This document shows positions 42,101 to 55,693 of a DNA stretch of 64,000 nt, piece by piece. How positions within the stretch are numbered: the first letter of the stretch is position 1; each line of letters begins with the position of its first letter. Origin of the DNA: Tubulanus polymorphus. Its lineage: Eukaryota > Animalia > Nemertea. The DNA is taken from contig NC_134025.1 in assembly GCF_964204645.1 (NCBI RefSeq), positions 6,510,001-6,574,000 on the forward strand. The letters run 5' to 3'. A program made the translations under genes and the position numbers. Under the pieces are notes generated by a model. That model did not search any database. It worked only from the letters and a program-made list of their open reading frames with translations, and had not been told where the DNA came from.

Positions 42101-45100
42101 CATTCGATTCATACTCGATTAAAAAAGCGTGAACATTACAGCATTACATTTGATGCATTTCAAGCTGTTTGAATCTATCTACTGATAAATATCAGTAATC
42201 ACTATCATGCATGTACTAAAGCACTAAGCTTCAGACAACGCGGCGTGACATATTAGTATCTAGTCGGCATCAATGACGTGCAAAACTTCAAACGCCGAAG
42301 AAAATACAATATGCATTTCTATGAAATCGGGAACAAAAACCAATCAATAAATCACTTAGTCGAAGAGTTGTCATGGTAACAATTTCAAAAATTAGAGCGG
42401 ATGAATTTGAATTTTTACCTGATCGGTTGTTGGCGATTTGGCTTCTTCGGTAGAACTTTGATTCTGGTCTTGTTGTAACTGAGACTTTTTCATTTTAGGT
42501 GATCGTGGTGCCCTCGGGTAAGGATCCATAGAACCTGTGCGACAAATGTTGTGTGTATGATATAACATAATTCTACGATTATAATATATGCTGCGTAATG
42601 GCAAGCGAAGAACATACCATAGAGATCAGGAGTTCCCATGTTTAATAAACATGTTTTTTGTATCAAGTCTACAATTGCTAGTCCAGATTCATTACCAAAT
42701 GCCAACCTACAAATGAAAGAATCGCATAAATATGCTACCCAAACCAAACCAGAAAATCCGATTAAAACACCTTGAAGCTTTACTTCATTTAAAATATACT
42801 TACAAACCGTATATAGAATTGAGAGATACGCTAGTAATATTAGAGGGTGGTTCTCCATCTACATACGTTAGCAAACATACCACATCGGGCTGATATCCTG
42901 CCGACCATTTCCTTGGTCCTTGTTTTACTTTGACACATGTCATTGTCTCAGCCTATTTATAAATACATAGAGCAAACTGTTGAATCACCAGAACCAACTA
43001 AATTTATTCCTAGAAAGGAATATGTCTACAACTGATACCAATCTAAACAGCTTAAATATTGATTTTGATGGTGATGATGAGCACTTGATAATGGATAAGT
43101 ACATTTTGAACTTATAAATACTGATACTACCAGTACTTGTTCTTTCGTGTTCCAGTAACAAGATAAACAACTCACGAAAATTAAAGTTCATTCTTTAATC
43201 GACTACCGTATCTTATTAGTATCATTCTTATCACTGGATGGCCTAGGATAGCTTCAACAGTGACTTAACGACGAACTGTCGCTCTATCACCATACATGAT
43301 GTATATATCCAATATATCTAGCAGCTATATCTGAATATCCCAATACCAAGTCATTCCACAATTCCCAGAGCAATAATCGTGTTATATATCACATGCTGAA
43401 TTGTCGAGATAGCACGAATTTAGGAATAGTTACAACAACAACAAAAAAACAGTCGCATGTGTTTTAGTACTCTGGATATTGAGGAAGGAAAGTGAGAGAT
43501 AGATAGATAAGGACAAGAATAGTCCATTTCATTCTATATTATAGTATAAATATAAACTTATAAGTGACAGGAATGTAGTATCATTATAGAAGCCATTGTA
43601 ACAAGCAGACAAACGGACAAACGTAGCAATAATTACAAGACTTTCAGTGATAAGGTGAATATACAGGGCCACAAAATCACCTAATGCATATACCGGGTAG
43701 GTATATGATATACCTTATAACATGCTTAAAATAAGATCAGCAGCTTATGCAATACACTGCCAACTGGGGACTGAATCTGATTAGTACTGGGAGATACTAT
43801 GAAAGGGAAACATTTATGACTTATATTCCAGAGCCATTGTACCATATATAACCTGCTAGTCTTATTCAGCATAAAGTACTCTATGCAGTTAGTAACAGTT
43901 CAATCTACATGTATAATATTCATATAACTAATAATGACTAGGTACTAACCAATAGAGTTCAACTCATAATTAGTAAATACTATCCCTACCTACCAGGTTT
44001 TATCTCACTATTACAATAAATAGGTTCCTCAGTTGTGACTTCATCCAAATGATCTTGTTTGGATAATGAAAAATAGCCTTATCTAGATCTGATGCTCATT
44101 ATAGTAAAATGACCAATGTTATACATCAAAACATATTTTTAAATGAGATTCACCACTCAATGCTGTTTTTGGACTTAAATCAATACTGAGGAACCAGGCC
44201 GAAGAGTACCACCCCTAGTAAAAGGATTATAATATAATGGTGACAGTATGGTATATGAAGCGAAACACTGCGCATTGTTTTTACTCAGCTATTAGTCTCT
44301 CATTCTCACCATGTTAACTGAATGAATATAATGGATTTGATTCTGAAAACAAAATACAACATACACATCGTTATCAGAGGAACATGCCACAGACGTTAAT
44401 ATGATATTCTTCAACTGCCAACTAGATAGTCTTAACAGTTTCAACTGTTTCGCCGGGCAAAGTGATGGTTGAGATGGCAATGGCTGTAACTGAAGGTCCG
44501 ATAATCAATTTTAATTGTTAAATGACTATGGCAGTTGAAGTAGACGTAGTACGTAAGTGATTTAATCTTGTCTAATAATTGTCTTTCTCTAATGAGCAGC
44601 TCAAGACATATAAAGAGCTTCATGCGTTGCATCGCGTTGCGTTGTTCTGGCGAAATAAGAGAAATACAAATGTACATATAGTGTATAGATGAATATGGAA
44701 AGAGAAATGCGTTGTACCTTGTTAGAGTCTGATGTAGTACTAGAATATGAACCGACGCTACTGCTGTGATGTTGAGGTACATTTCCAATACTAGGTTTCG
44801 GGTATTCATATTCAGGTGAATCCAGTTCATCATTTACCTCATATAGGATCGAAATATCCAGCACCTTAATCATAAAACAAACATGGGTATAAAACCAAAA
44901 CACACTGAAATATTGACACTTGAAAAGCCTCATAATTGGAACTGATTTCCTTAATGATTTATGTTGAATAGTGATCAGGCACATGCTCTCAGTATCTAGT
45001 GGTACATACCGACACATCCGAAGTGTTTTCATGTTTACAATATTTAAATACAGCTACGTGAGTTAGACCGGCTATAACAACCATTCGACTTTCTGCATCC

Positions 45101-48100
45101 AGGTAAATGAACTGTACAGCATATGGGTCTTCATCTTCTTCTTGTCCAGTGTTTTTTTGTCGCTCGAACAATTTGGCTGTTTTTAGTTTGTATAAAACTT
45201 GCAGTGTGACTGGAAGTAAAATATGAATTGGGATCAGTAGACATGTTGTAAAAAGATTTCGCAATTATAGACAGCAAAATAACTATTAGAAATTACCCGA
45301 AGAAGCATCCCAGAATTTCACCGATCCATCAGCATGACTGGAAGAAACACCAAAATATGAGCAAGTAATATCAAGCAAGGTTAGTTTTTGACAAAAAATT
45401 ATGCAATGATGGAAAACAAACAACTAAAATGTGTACAAAATACCATATCCAAGAAAAAAACATCGTAATGAATGATATCAATATAAGCAAATAGTGTTGT
45501 GATCAACGAGGCAAAGAATGTAAATGGAAATGAGCTTTACTTCACTCTGTAGAAAGTCCAAATTCATACGAACATTTCATATGAAATAGGAACTCGACAG
45601 ACCTGCAATTTCAGCCCAATATGCTTGTGGTGGTTACAAATATGATGTAGTGGGACCACTCAATACATATACACAACTCTTCGAGGCGTACTTTGAATTC
45701 AGACACAGATATATCGACTGTTTATTTCTAAAAATAATTTCGCTGCTATTTGCCCTAACTATTCAGACTGAATCAATATTCGTTAATAACAAGAGGTCCA
45801 TGAATAAGTCGTAATCATGTAGGTACAATTCATCCACAAATTCCCCCCTGGTATGTACATATTCATGCATGCTGTCGTTTACTATGAGTTTTAGAAATAC
45901 AGGATACAGTATACTACTGGGTCAGACTACTACTTATTGATTATTTATCTCATTATTTATCTCATATTCTGTCTGACAATTCCTACACTGACGACAACGA
46001 CTATTTCAGTTGGCCAATAAAGATGTCAAGATACAATTAAGATGTCAAGATACAATTAAGATATCAAATATCTATTGATTCCAGAAATAGCAGCAGGTGT
46101 CTTTGCAGAAATTGCATTATCAGGTTCATTTGATATAAGTTGATAACTGAGCTAAACGCATATGTTACGAAGAAAAGTGATATTTGTGCTAGAGCGATTG
46201 AAAGGAACTGTAATGACAAAGACACGGACTACAGGAATGAAGGATTTCTTTTTTCAACTTTTTGAAGAGAATTTGAGATGTTAATTCTCAACTCCTCAAC
46301 TTTCGAACCTTAAACAAGAACAATGTTCATATACACACAACTGTAGAAGAAATCATATCACGATCATAATCATAATCAAAATTGAAAAATAAAAAAAGGA
46401 CTTCATGGATATCACGCTGACTGTCAGATGGGATATACAACCACCTGATACAAAAAAAATTTTGAAAGGTCCACTCTCACATAACATATTTGTACATATA
46501 TTGATGAATAAATCATAGTAACATTACAACAACTATCTGAGTCATTAAAATTCAATTTCACGTAATTCTTATCAAAGGTTTCTTCTCTCATTGTTGAAAT
46601 ATATGGCCTCCTTCCAGAAAGGGAAATTACTAAAAGCGTGTGAATATACTGCGTGTTGATTGGCTAGATTTCTCCTGATTCCTCAACTCAAGAGAAATAG
46701 AACATGTTCTATTCCTCTCGAACAAGATGTGGAAAATTGAACAATTTTTTCATTTACACACTTGGCTCCATTCAAAATAGTTTCGCTCAACTGCCACTCC
46801 TTTGATTCCTCGATGAAAAATTGTTTGCACGTGAACCTAGCATTAAAGAAAATCCTCCTGATTTTATCTAGGTTTATCTAACTGCGTTTTAAACACTTAC
46901 CCAGTAATAATAATCTCTGGATAACTGCACGTCGTTTGACCCCAATCACCACCTTTAACCGGCCAATCGTTTTCGCTGAATCCACTTTTACGTTGTTTAG
47001 AGCCGACGTTGTAAAATGCCGGGATCAGATCCGGCGGACAATCAGCGTAGTATGAACAGGCTGTTACAGGTGACTCGTGTATGTCCATCGGATACGGGTT
47101 CTCAAAACACGGATACCTATAACATATATACAATAGAGTTGTTTATACAACGAAATTAATGATCAGCGAGATCATCAAGGACAGAACAGGGTTTCTGCGC
47201 TAAATAATCTACCAAATTCCATGACTTTCCAGATTTCTAGGGGATTTCAACTCCTGTGACAAGATCGACGGAGCCAGGAAAAATACCATTAAACCAAAAA
47301 TTACGACTTTCACTGACTTGAGCAATGAAGCGCTGAAATTCTCTGACTTTCCAAGACCTGAAAAACTATCCTAAAAGATTTCCTGACATTCCAGGATTTT
47401 CACCAACTGCAGGAACCCTTAAGAAATATGACACTGCAGCCCAACTCCTGTGTACTGTTGGGTACATGTTATACATTTTGTGGTCTAACATGATTATACC
47501 GGTATCTGGTTTTAATTCAATAAACAGTGAACATAGAAACCGATAGCAGGTGACCTTTTCAGCAAGTGTTTTCCAGCAAATGTATTCGGTCGTAGGTCCT
47601 GTCAGTGTGTGCGGATGGTCAATAACTCTCTGTAGATTGATCTGTCAAAACGTCTACAAAGTATTACCGGCATCTAGGACCGTATATGATACAGCGCAAC
47701 GAGGTATACGACCGAATGAGTTCAATTATGTCAAATTTCATCTTAAAATACAATCTTTTCAACCGTGAAATAATCATTGAAGGGTAGATATCAAAGAACA
47801 TATTTTTCTCCTTTCTCCTTTGACCTCAGTGGGTTGGTGGTCCAGTTGCATGAATGCATGAATGCGCATATCGATCATATAATACATACCCTGGAGTAAG
47901 CAAGTCGACGACTACAAGATCATTTTCTAGGAGAACAATAATCCCATAGGGCTCGTGGAAGTCTGCAAAAAATCGAATCAAGAAACGTTTAAGTCAACAT
48001 GAGGAGTGTACAGAGAGAGAGTGAGAGAGAGAGAGAGAAGAGCTATGAAATGTTTTGCGTTTGTAGCTAAAAATCGCCATGATGGATGTGTTATCCATGC

Positions 48101-51100
48101 GATCAGTTTTTAAATTCAGCGATGTCCAGAGGGCAAACATTGGTGTAGATCGGAATAAGAATCATTACTTCAGAAATAGAACTAAAATTGGATAGCTGTT
48201 GGCCGTAAGGCTTACCGTAAGGGGTTCAATAACTTCTTCTATAAACATGGCCATATATTTTAATATATATCGAAGATATTTGATGAAGTCGCACTTGCTG
48301 AAGGCAACTTGATTGATAAATATCAGAAAATGGGCAATCTTTCAAACATCAATCATCAAGGTGAAATCTGGTAGAGTCTACTGAGGGTTTTCTAATACGT
48401 ACCATTTTGCCAAGGTGATTCGCAGAGGACACAGAAATCAGCAATATTGTGCTCCATCTCCAGAACCGTGGTACTTTTACCGTGGATTACAGTAATACAC
48501 GGAGCACGGCCTTTTTCATAAGGCATTCCACCAGAAAATATCGTATAAGACTCTCTAAAATTATACATAAAAACTGAATCAATCATCAACTTTCAATTCG
48601 TAAACATACACATATAATACTAACAACTCGGCGTGAAATTCGTTTTTTTTTTTTTTCATATACAGCTATCTCCTAGGTGAGAAAGCATTATCACAGCAAT
48701 CACGCTAAATGTGTTATTTTCCAACAGCCTACTTCATGCCTAGCTAACTAACTTAACCAGCTAAGTAACGGTATTCATCACTCTTCCTGCTAGCTATAAT
48801 TGACTATAACTGGCTATAACTAGCTATCTATCGGATTATTTTTGTCACTTACAAGTAACATACATTCCAAAATGTATGGGAATGAAGTATATGAAACCAG
48901 GCTAAAGGATATTTTTATAAGGAGAAACATGTTGATATTGACTTTATTACGTATATATCATCTCATGAGGTATATTCATACCCAAAGGATAGGGACTATT
49001 GGCTAACGCTTTGATCTGCATTTAACTCTATCTACTAGTTGACAGAAACAACCGTACCATCATATAAGTGTCGATGAAGACTGACAGGGGGCATTGGTAG
49101 CGTAGATATGGGTAATATCAATCATAACAGGAATATTCACTGGACATCACACGCAGACTGATTAGTCCTGCAAACAGGGGGTACTTTAAGGGCCCATGCA
49201 ACATGACAAATAGTCTATTATGAGTTGGGGTTGGTATTTTCCTATTATAACAGTCAAGTAGTTCTTCATTCGCGAACTTAAAATCTCATTTCCTTTTGCT
49301 GAAGATTTGAATGCCGATCATTACATATCCGGAGCATTGATTTCAAATGTCCGATTTCTGCGGGCGAGTTTGACTGACATTGTTCGAAAATAGTCACCTG
49401 ACTCCTGGCAGATTAATAATTATACTCGAAATAGTTCTTCCAGATTATGACATTATCATATACAGGGTCAGCTAACTCTAGAGGAATGATATTCACCTAC
49501 GGTTTTCTATTTTTAAGTCCTAGGTAACACAGATATATTTGTGACAGGTTGAACATACACATTATTGTCAAGGCTACCAGTCAACTAGCAAATTAGAAAT
49601 TTTAGTAGCAGAACAGAATTTAGATCATTGCTTGGATTTATCACCAGGAAGGTTCAGTTTTCTGGGAGCCCTGTATATACATGCAAATAGCATGCACTTG
49701 TATAATGTATACAGCATATCGAGTTTATTGCGTAAGTGAAAACTCACCCACTTAATAAGCTGGAAGCAAAGAACAAACACAAAATCAGCAACAGAAATTG
49801 AAAGCAAGAAATATTACCATTTTCCATACAAAAAATCTCGGCCCCATTATCCTATACCACATACCAGTCCCAGCTAAGGAGCTAGATAGGGTGTGCTAAC
49901 ATCTGACTGAGCTGGTTCAAATTATGATGCCATTTCACTCCTATTAATTACTACTACCCAATAATTACGAAAGGTGTTTTTGGACTTTTCTTAGTGTAAT
50001 TGATGGGAACAGGCCCGTAGAACAAGCAGAGATAATCAGGCCAGGTTTGTATGCAATCCAGGGCGAGCTTCGGAGTACTATTTGCGAACTTAGGGAAACC
50101 GAATATCAGTTAATCAGAACTATAGTCCGCATGTAGTGAACCACCGGATCGAGCACGGTCCCCGTAGTTCGGACATAGTTCCGAGATGGCTCTATCGAAT
50201 TATAGTGCAGTTCGATTAAAAGCTACGGCCACTAGTCGACTTACCACGGAAACTGAATATATAGAAGGTTTCTGGCTGCTTATCAGAACCCTGTGCGTTA
50301 CATGCGTTATGATCATTATAACCTGTCTAACAGCGAGACAAGTGAATGAATTAAGACTGCAGACGCACAGCTACGCGGAACTCCAGTAGAAAATCATCTA
50401 TTTCCAAAGTCATTTTCGTTGTCAATACCTCGTTAACCCCCGCGAGAGAAAACAATCGATACTAACTGTAATCTAATTTTATACAGTAACATCTCGCCGT
50501 CTCATCATTGTGTGATAACTGAACTGAACTGATCCGCTCGTTCGCGGCCAAAAACATGCGCGACCGTTTGTCCAAATGATGCCATTACGAGTGACACGAT
50601 GATCAATCGCTAGGCAACTCGGCATTGATCTCACAGTCGAATAATTCTGTCATTTTTACGCAGACAGATACGCCTGCTTAACGCTTACACATTACGTCTT
50701 CATTTCATCGCTGGTATTAATGGCCGCAACACACCATCAAAAGGTGCCAGATCTCGCATTTTCTCTCATTTTGCAGTAGCTTCAGCAGTCACACATATAC
50801 GCCGCAATCGCACGAGCATTTTTGGCCCGGGCTATATTTGACACGGGAAAATCATTGCGAGTGAATGCTTACTGGTGACTTGCCTCGCTTTGTTTGAGAG
50901 CATTGTTTTAGTATCGAGTGAGTAGTTAACATGTGAACGCCATATTTGACCCAGGCCTAATCTATGCCAATTTGGCCTGGGCCAAATCAACTCATCTACA
51001 AATTTTTTGGCAACACATCTTTTTGTAAATATAGATATGAAATGATGTACGAAAACTGAGGATTTACATGTACTTGAAACATTGAGTCTATGAAATTGAC

Positions 51101-54100
51101 TTGTGTTTCAGAGTAACGCTGTCAAGGCCGAGCCCTGACAGTAACACGATACGACTGCTCAGTGATAACCTTTTTTCACCGAGATACGACGCATTTTCTT
51201 TCAATGAGGATGGGTTAGTCGGCATGAAATCCCTGTCTTTCACTTCTGTTGATTGAATTTATAAAAGAAAAATAGATCGACATAAAACTGCATCAACTGA
51301 AAGACAAGAGCGTTGTATTGACTGCGTACTAACAACGTCTTCTTGCTAGTTTATATTAGAGACAATTCCAGTCATTTATTCTCTTAGAATACCGGCACTA
51401 ATGACATAGATCGAGATTGGACTGTTAATCAGTAGCACTGCGAGCTCCATTTGAATATTACGATACAGATTCAGGTAAAAATGCCTTCAGAACAACGATA
51501 ATTCAAGATCAATACAAACTTAAGAATATTCCCTGCTCGAAGCAAAATTCACTGCGAGCTAAACTCCAGGACAGTCCAAATAAAACTTTCCAATAAAAAA
51601 AGAATCCATTTTCTTAGCAATGTTTTTAGGAATTTTAAGGCTTTTAATATAATTGCTCTATGCTTCATAAGCACCATCTCAGGGCAGTACGATGATAGGT
51701 CAGTGAACCTAGTAAGATTACTGTCTGGAATACTGCAGTAACTATACGCGACAATTACATTAAAGTTATCTATTAATTCGATGAACTATATTCACATGGA
51801 TGCAATCATTCACTAATCAAAGACACTAACTCCGGTCGGAAAGCTATGAATAACTAGACCCCGGTATAGCAATGATAGAACTTATCAAAACGAGTCGGTC
51901 TCTTAACTATATTTTCATCGTTAGATTTTGAAATTAATCTAATGATTCGATGAACTGATTGAAAGACTTGAAGATTGAATACTCATGATATGGGCAATTT
52001 TAATGGGACTCGCGATTAAACGCAGGCGGTATACATAATCTATAACTGTTTGTCTCATCAGTAGCGAAACGAGACATCGAATTTATGGTTAATGAAACAT
52101 ACTACTATTAATGGCAGTATGAAACATTATGTAATACACGTAATGAAATATTTATCTCTTTTCTGATGAATATTAGAAGTTTTCCGGCTTCCGTTGCCGC
52201 TGGCGAGATTGATCGCTGCTTCGGGATTTGAATGGCATCTAGATAGAAGACATTACAGAGAGCTTAGCGAGAGAACGGGATCAACACAATAGCCTCGTGG
52301 CCTTAACGGCACAAAAATATCTATCCGATGCCAGAAACACAAGACCTGGACAGATCTGCCGGCAACAGAACACGAATCTCATCTTAAGAGGACAAAAATA
52401 GCCGAGAACGATCCGGAGGACTAGCGCGAGCTAAATTTGGACGAAAAAGAGCTCTCATTTTCAGATAGGAAATCGAGACTAGAAGTTCGCAGGAAGCAGC
52501 TACGCCTCCGAAATAGCAATCTTAATCATCCGTAAACAAACTATTCGTATGTACCGGTGTATATGATTATATATCTAGTTATCAATATTCAATATAAAGC
52601 CCAATAGATATCGAGAAATGATGACGCTTGCATCGAGGCGCAGAAGTATGACGATAGAAAAAAGGGAAAATACGTAATATGCTTTGATTCCGAATGAAAA
52701 CAGCCACAAGTACTGGCGTGCATATAAACCAGCCAGGGATATACACATATCACTTACCCATTCCTACATTGTTTCCACGCTAACCGTGGAATAGGCTTAC
52801 ATGGTTCGGGTTTACTGTCAGAGCCGATTTTTGCTTAAAAGAAAAAAGAAACAGTGAATAAGTACAAAGGGATTATCACCTGAAGTATGGATGACAATAC
52901 TACGAAAAATCTCGTATTTCCTCCGGTTTTCGTCAAAGTGACTCGTTGGCGAAGTGCCAGTAAGCGATATGTATAATCAAGTTACATTTAGAGACAGGGA
53001 AATAAGAGTTTCAAAGCTCGGGATCCGGGCAGATGTAATGCGGTTCACTTCAAGAGCTAATCGAATTTACAATTTTTTATCGGTGGAGACTTCTTCGCAG
53101 ATGAGTCAACTGACTACCGAGAAAGAGAATTAATTTGTCAAGTTACTGAATCGTTTTAAAAGTTCACACTGAATCATCAAATTGAATCCAACATAGGCCT
53201 AATCCGAGAATTGGGTCTTATTCAGATGATAAGTTTGGCGAATGAGAAAAAATGTAGGGCAAGTCATTGGTTGAAAAAGGGCATAGGAAAACACAAGGAT
53301 ATATAGTTTCTGGTAACGATCAAAAAAGTAATTAAAGAAGGCTAACCTAACTGATATCAGAACTAAAACCAGGAGGTCATCTATCAATGGCATATACTGA
53401 CAGGCAATCACAGGACATGAACAGGTTTCAGAAGATTGATTTCAAAATCAAGAAAAGAATGACTTTTATCCAGCACAAACCTTAAAAACGATAAAATAAA
53501 TATGGTCCACAAACAAACTGCAATACTCACCATGAGGGTATAAAATATTTTGAGGTTTTTGAGGGTTTTTCGTCACCCAAGTTGTGATGCTGCCATCTGC
53601 ATGACTACACATGAAGGATTTACCTTCAAAATGCCAGGAGATTGATCTTAATCCAGCCTGTAATGGAAAAATCAGGTAAAACACACCATCAAATGACGAC
53701 AGATTGGTGCAAATCATTGTGAATTATGGAGTTCTCAGAGGCTTTACGTCAACTGAACATGTATCAATATCATTTGTAATCATTGCACATATTTTTCGAG
53801 TCATTGTCCAAGCCATAAATCGGCCTCTAATTCTCTTATCTAAATGCCCAAGTAGATTCCGAAGACTCTCAGGTCCTTTTTTTGTGAATTCCAATAAAGC
53901 GAAAGCGTGGATGTCTACAGTATTGGAAATGGTGTAATTTCACAATTTATGTCGGTGTTTTCATAGTAATCTAATAGACAATCAGTCTGCTGGGTATAGC
54001 TTCATTCGTTTTACCCCAGCAATAGAGAAATGATAGATAGTCATGACACTATCTTACAACTTTACAGTCAATACCATGGACCGAGGTAGATGGTTATTGA

Positions 54101-54975
54101 ATGAAGCGTAACAGCACACCAGCTGACCATAGGGACAGTTCATTCCTCACACCAAAATGGCTAGTCAATAACCGGAATATAGTTAACCATTTCACATAAT
54201 CATTATCAGTTTATTAAAAGCATAATACCAGGTAACTGATACAACATCAGCATACACCCCAAACATTCTTTGGTCAATTTGAGGAATTGTTGCTTTTTAG
54301 TAGGACTCCTTGGGGATATCCATGAAAAGTCCAAGGGCATTTGGCACGTGTCACCAGCCACTCCTAGATCTGCCAGCTTTCATTAGACAGTTAGTATGCA
54401 CCATTAGCAAATAGTACATGTCATAGCTGGCAAGGCCTCGACCGCTGATACTGTTTTCTTAAGTTATTGATTGTTGATCGCATCACAACTGATTTAAAGC
54501 GATCGAATTAAAGTTTTGACTGAAATGAGTTAAATTATGAAATGAATTTAACTTCCGAATGCACGTTACATCTGTAGAATGTTTAACACAACCGTACTGC
54601 CATTTTTCATTCCACCCTATGGGAGTATAATGACAGATCTACGTACCTCGTGGCTGTTAAATCTGGTTTCAGCAGTCTTGCTTTTTAAATCCCACAACAC
54701 TATAGCTCCGGACTCAAATCCAATCAGCAACTATAAATACAAATACATCATCCTCCCTATTGCATATATAAATATATACATGTACACGTACATCTGATTG
54801 CATATCAAATATTTTGTCAGTTACGTTACTTTTTCAAGCCGTTCACATGTAAGATCATTAAATGAGATGCATATCGCTAATCACAGCATCGCTATTTCAA
54901 TGACAAAATACCTTATTAGGATCACATGGATTATCGCTTAGATGAACCACTTGCCCCGGATGAGTTTTCCTTGAT
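27143..54975 (-). CDS. STXBP5: Tomosyn / syntaxin-binding protein 5(-like): WD40/Lgl-type body plus C-terminal R-SNARE; 5' exons lie beyond the window
   Basis: Spliced exons give HPGQVVHLSDNP (54912-54975), LLIGFESGAIVLWDLKSK (54647-54730), SISWHFEGKSFMCSHADG (53531-53657), KPEPCKPI (52758-52833), HGKSTTVLEME (48403-48554), DFHEPYGIIVLLENDL (47890-47962), YPCFENPYPMDIHESPVT...EIIITG, HADGSVKFWDAS, TLQVLYKLKT, LAFGNESGLAIVD and SFSRSRSSS (30034-30150). The last exon (27143-27280) is LLDERGQRLGELEERT...KYKEKKWYQL*. Confidence 0.97.
31648..31788 (-). CDS. STXBP5: Candidate tomosyn cassette exon (141 nt, phase 1-1), DSDPEPSPCG...KLSPITPEIT
   Basis: Acceptor ctacag|, open frame and GC-rich composition relative to the flanks. 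The frame is kept with the donor CAG|GCAGGT (GC type) or with an internal C|GTAAGG donor giving 60 nt. Confidence 0.6.
32489..32597. repeat. Perfect tandem duplication of a 53 bp unit containing an 8 bp stem (tctgagca...tgctcaga)
   Basis: atctgagcaaagaaagcagacgcctgctcagaggcactggcacgagcaaggtt x2, followed by atc. Confidence 0.95.
34566..34622 (-). CDS. STXBP5: Candidate tomosyn cassette exon (57 nt, phase 1-1), IPTTLGPWAYPSIIVSPT
   Basis: Strong pyrimidine tract gtctcttctttctctcag| and donor ctg|gtattc. The length is a multiple of 3 and it is open in the required phase. Confidence 0.6.
35126..35139 (+). promoter_or_regulatory. CTCF consensus-like site CCACTAGAGGGCGC
   Basis: Matches the bilaterian CTCF core CCASYAGRKGGCRS. 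Confidence 0.55.
35414..35440 (-). CDS. STXBP5: Candidate tomosyn microexon (27 nt, or 33 nt with the next GT; phase 1-1), TVLTSVTP
   Basis: Pyrimidine tract ttcttctttctttgtgctgtttaaag| and donors cag|gttcaa or caa|gtactc. Both options preserve the frame, but the donors are weak. Confidence 0.35.
37424..37512 (-). mobile_element. Degenerate tRNA-like sequence, probably a SINE head
   Basis: The minus strand has a B-box GTAGGTTCAAATCCC preceded by a degenerate A-box/anticodon-arm-like region. No intact cloverleaf. Confidence 0.4.
38496..38643 (-). CDS. STXBP5: Candidate tomosyn alternative exon (phase 0-1), MNGVCLSPT...ELRRAISQG...VEESNG
   Basis: A long pyrimidine tract ends in aag|, followed by an open, GC-richer, protein-like frame. 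Two phase-1 GT donors (gtggag, gtggaa) are available, both weak. Confidence 0.55.
39717..40524 (-). CDS. STXBP5: Large tomosyn alternative exon (808 nt, phase 0-1) encoding about 269 aa of Ser/Pro/basic disordered sequence
   Basis: Acceptor tgtttgcag|AAT and donor TCTG|gtatgt, with an uninterrupted ORF (track 39709..40554). The phases match the upstream phase-0 exon end and the downstream phase-1 exon at 30150. Confidence 0.85.
42058..42087 (-). CDS. STXBP5: Tomosyn 30 nt microexon (phase 0-0), DQVFDFSNTQ
   Basis: tttccttccag|GAT...CAG|gtaacc: strong splice sites and frame-preserving. Confidence 0.7.
47187..47419. mobile_element. Decayed hAT-like MITE
   Basis: Ends cagggtttc...ggaaccct, with internal repeats of the ttccatgactttcca / ttcctgacattcca type. 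No TSD recognisable. Confidence 0.5.
50801..51000 (+). mobile_element. MITE family copy A (shared with 56818-57068 and 63248-63540)
   Basis: Shared core gaatgcttactgg...gcattgttttagtatcgagtgagtagtt...tgtgaacgc and GGCCC/GGGCC-AAAT subterminal repeats. The start gccgcaatcgcacgagcattttt matches copy B. Confidence 0.75.
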
Positions 54976-55315
54976 CTGAAAAATAAAACATATACCATGT
55001 ACGAGGAGAGCACGATAACGCAAATGGTTCCAAACACTTTTCAAAACTCGATTCAGACGAGATGTTTACTACTTGATCTTCACCAGTTAGATAATTGCAG
55101 GAATAAGGCAGCGTTATATGACAGATATCCACTACTCAAGATCCGCGGCAAATATTTAGAAAAGAAAAAGACTATCAACGCTTTTCGCACTGGTTCCAAA
55201 GCTTGCCCCGAACGCCGAAATAAATAGATCAAAAACCGGCCTTGAAACTGGGTCCGCAGAATTATCAAATTTAATTTAGAATTCTTGATTGATACGACTG
55301 CACTTATACGGTATC

Positions 55316-55505
<190 letters not shown>

Positions 55506-55609
55506 TTTTATTCAGCAGATATATGAATGTATTGATGGATAGATGTGACAGACAATTGGTGATGTAAATTACAATCCGGGAGTCTATCAATGACAACGAT
55601 ATATACTAT

Positions 55610-55691
<82 letters not shown>
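55610..55691. repeat. Compound (CA)n(TA)n microsatellite
   Basis: Direct observation. Confidence 0.95.

Positions 55692-55693
<2 letters not shown>

Noticed and set aside
44560-44648. Extra acceptor (ttcgccag|) downstream of a tomosyn exon
   Set aside because: In the required phase it stops after 8 codons (NNATRCNA*), with no other support.
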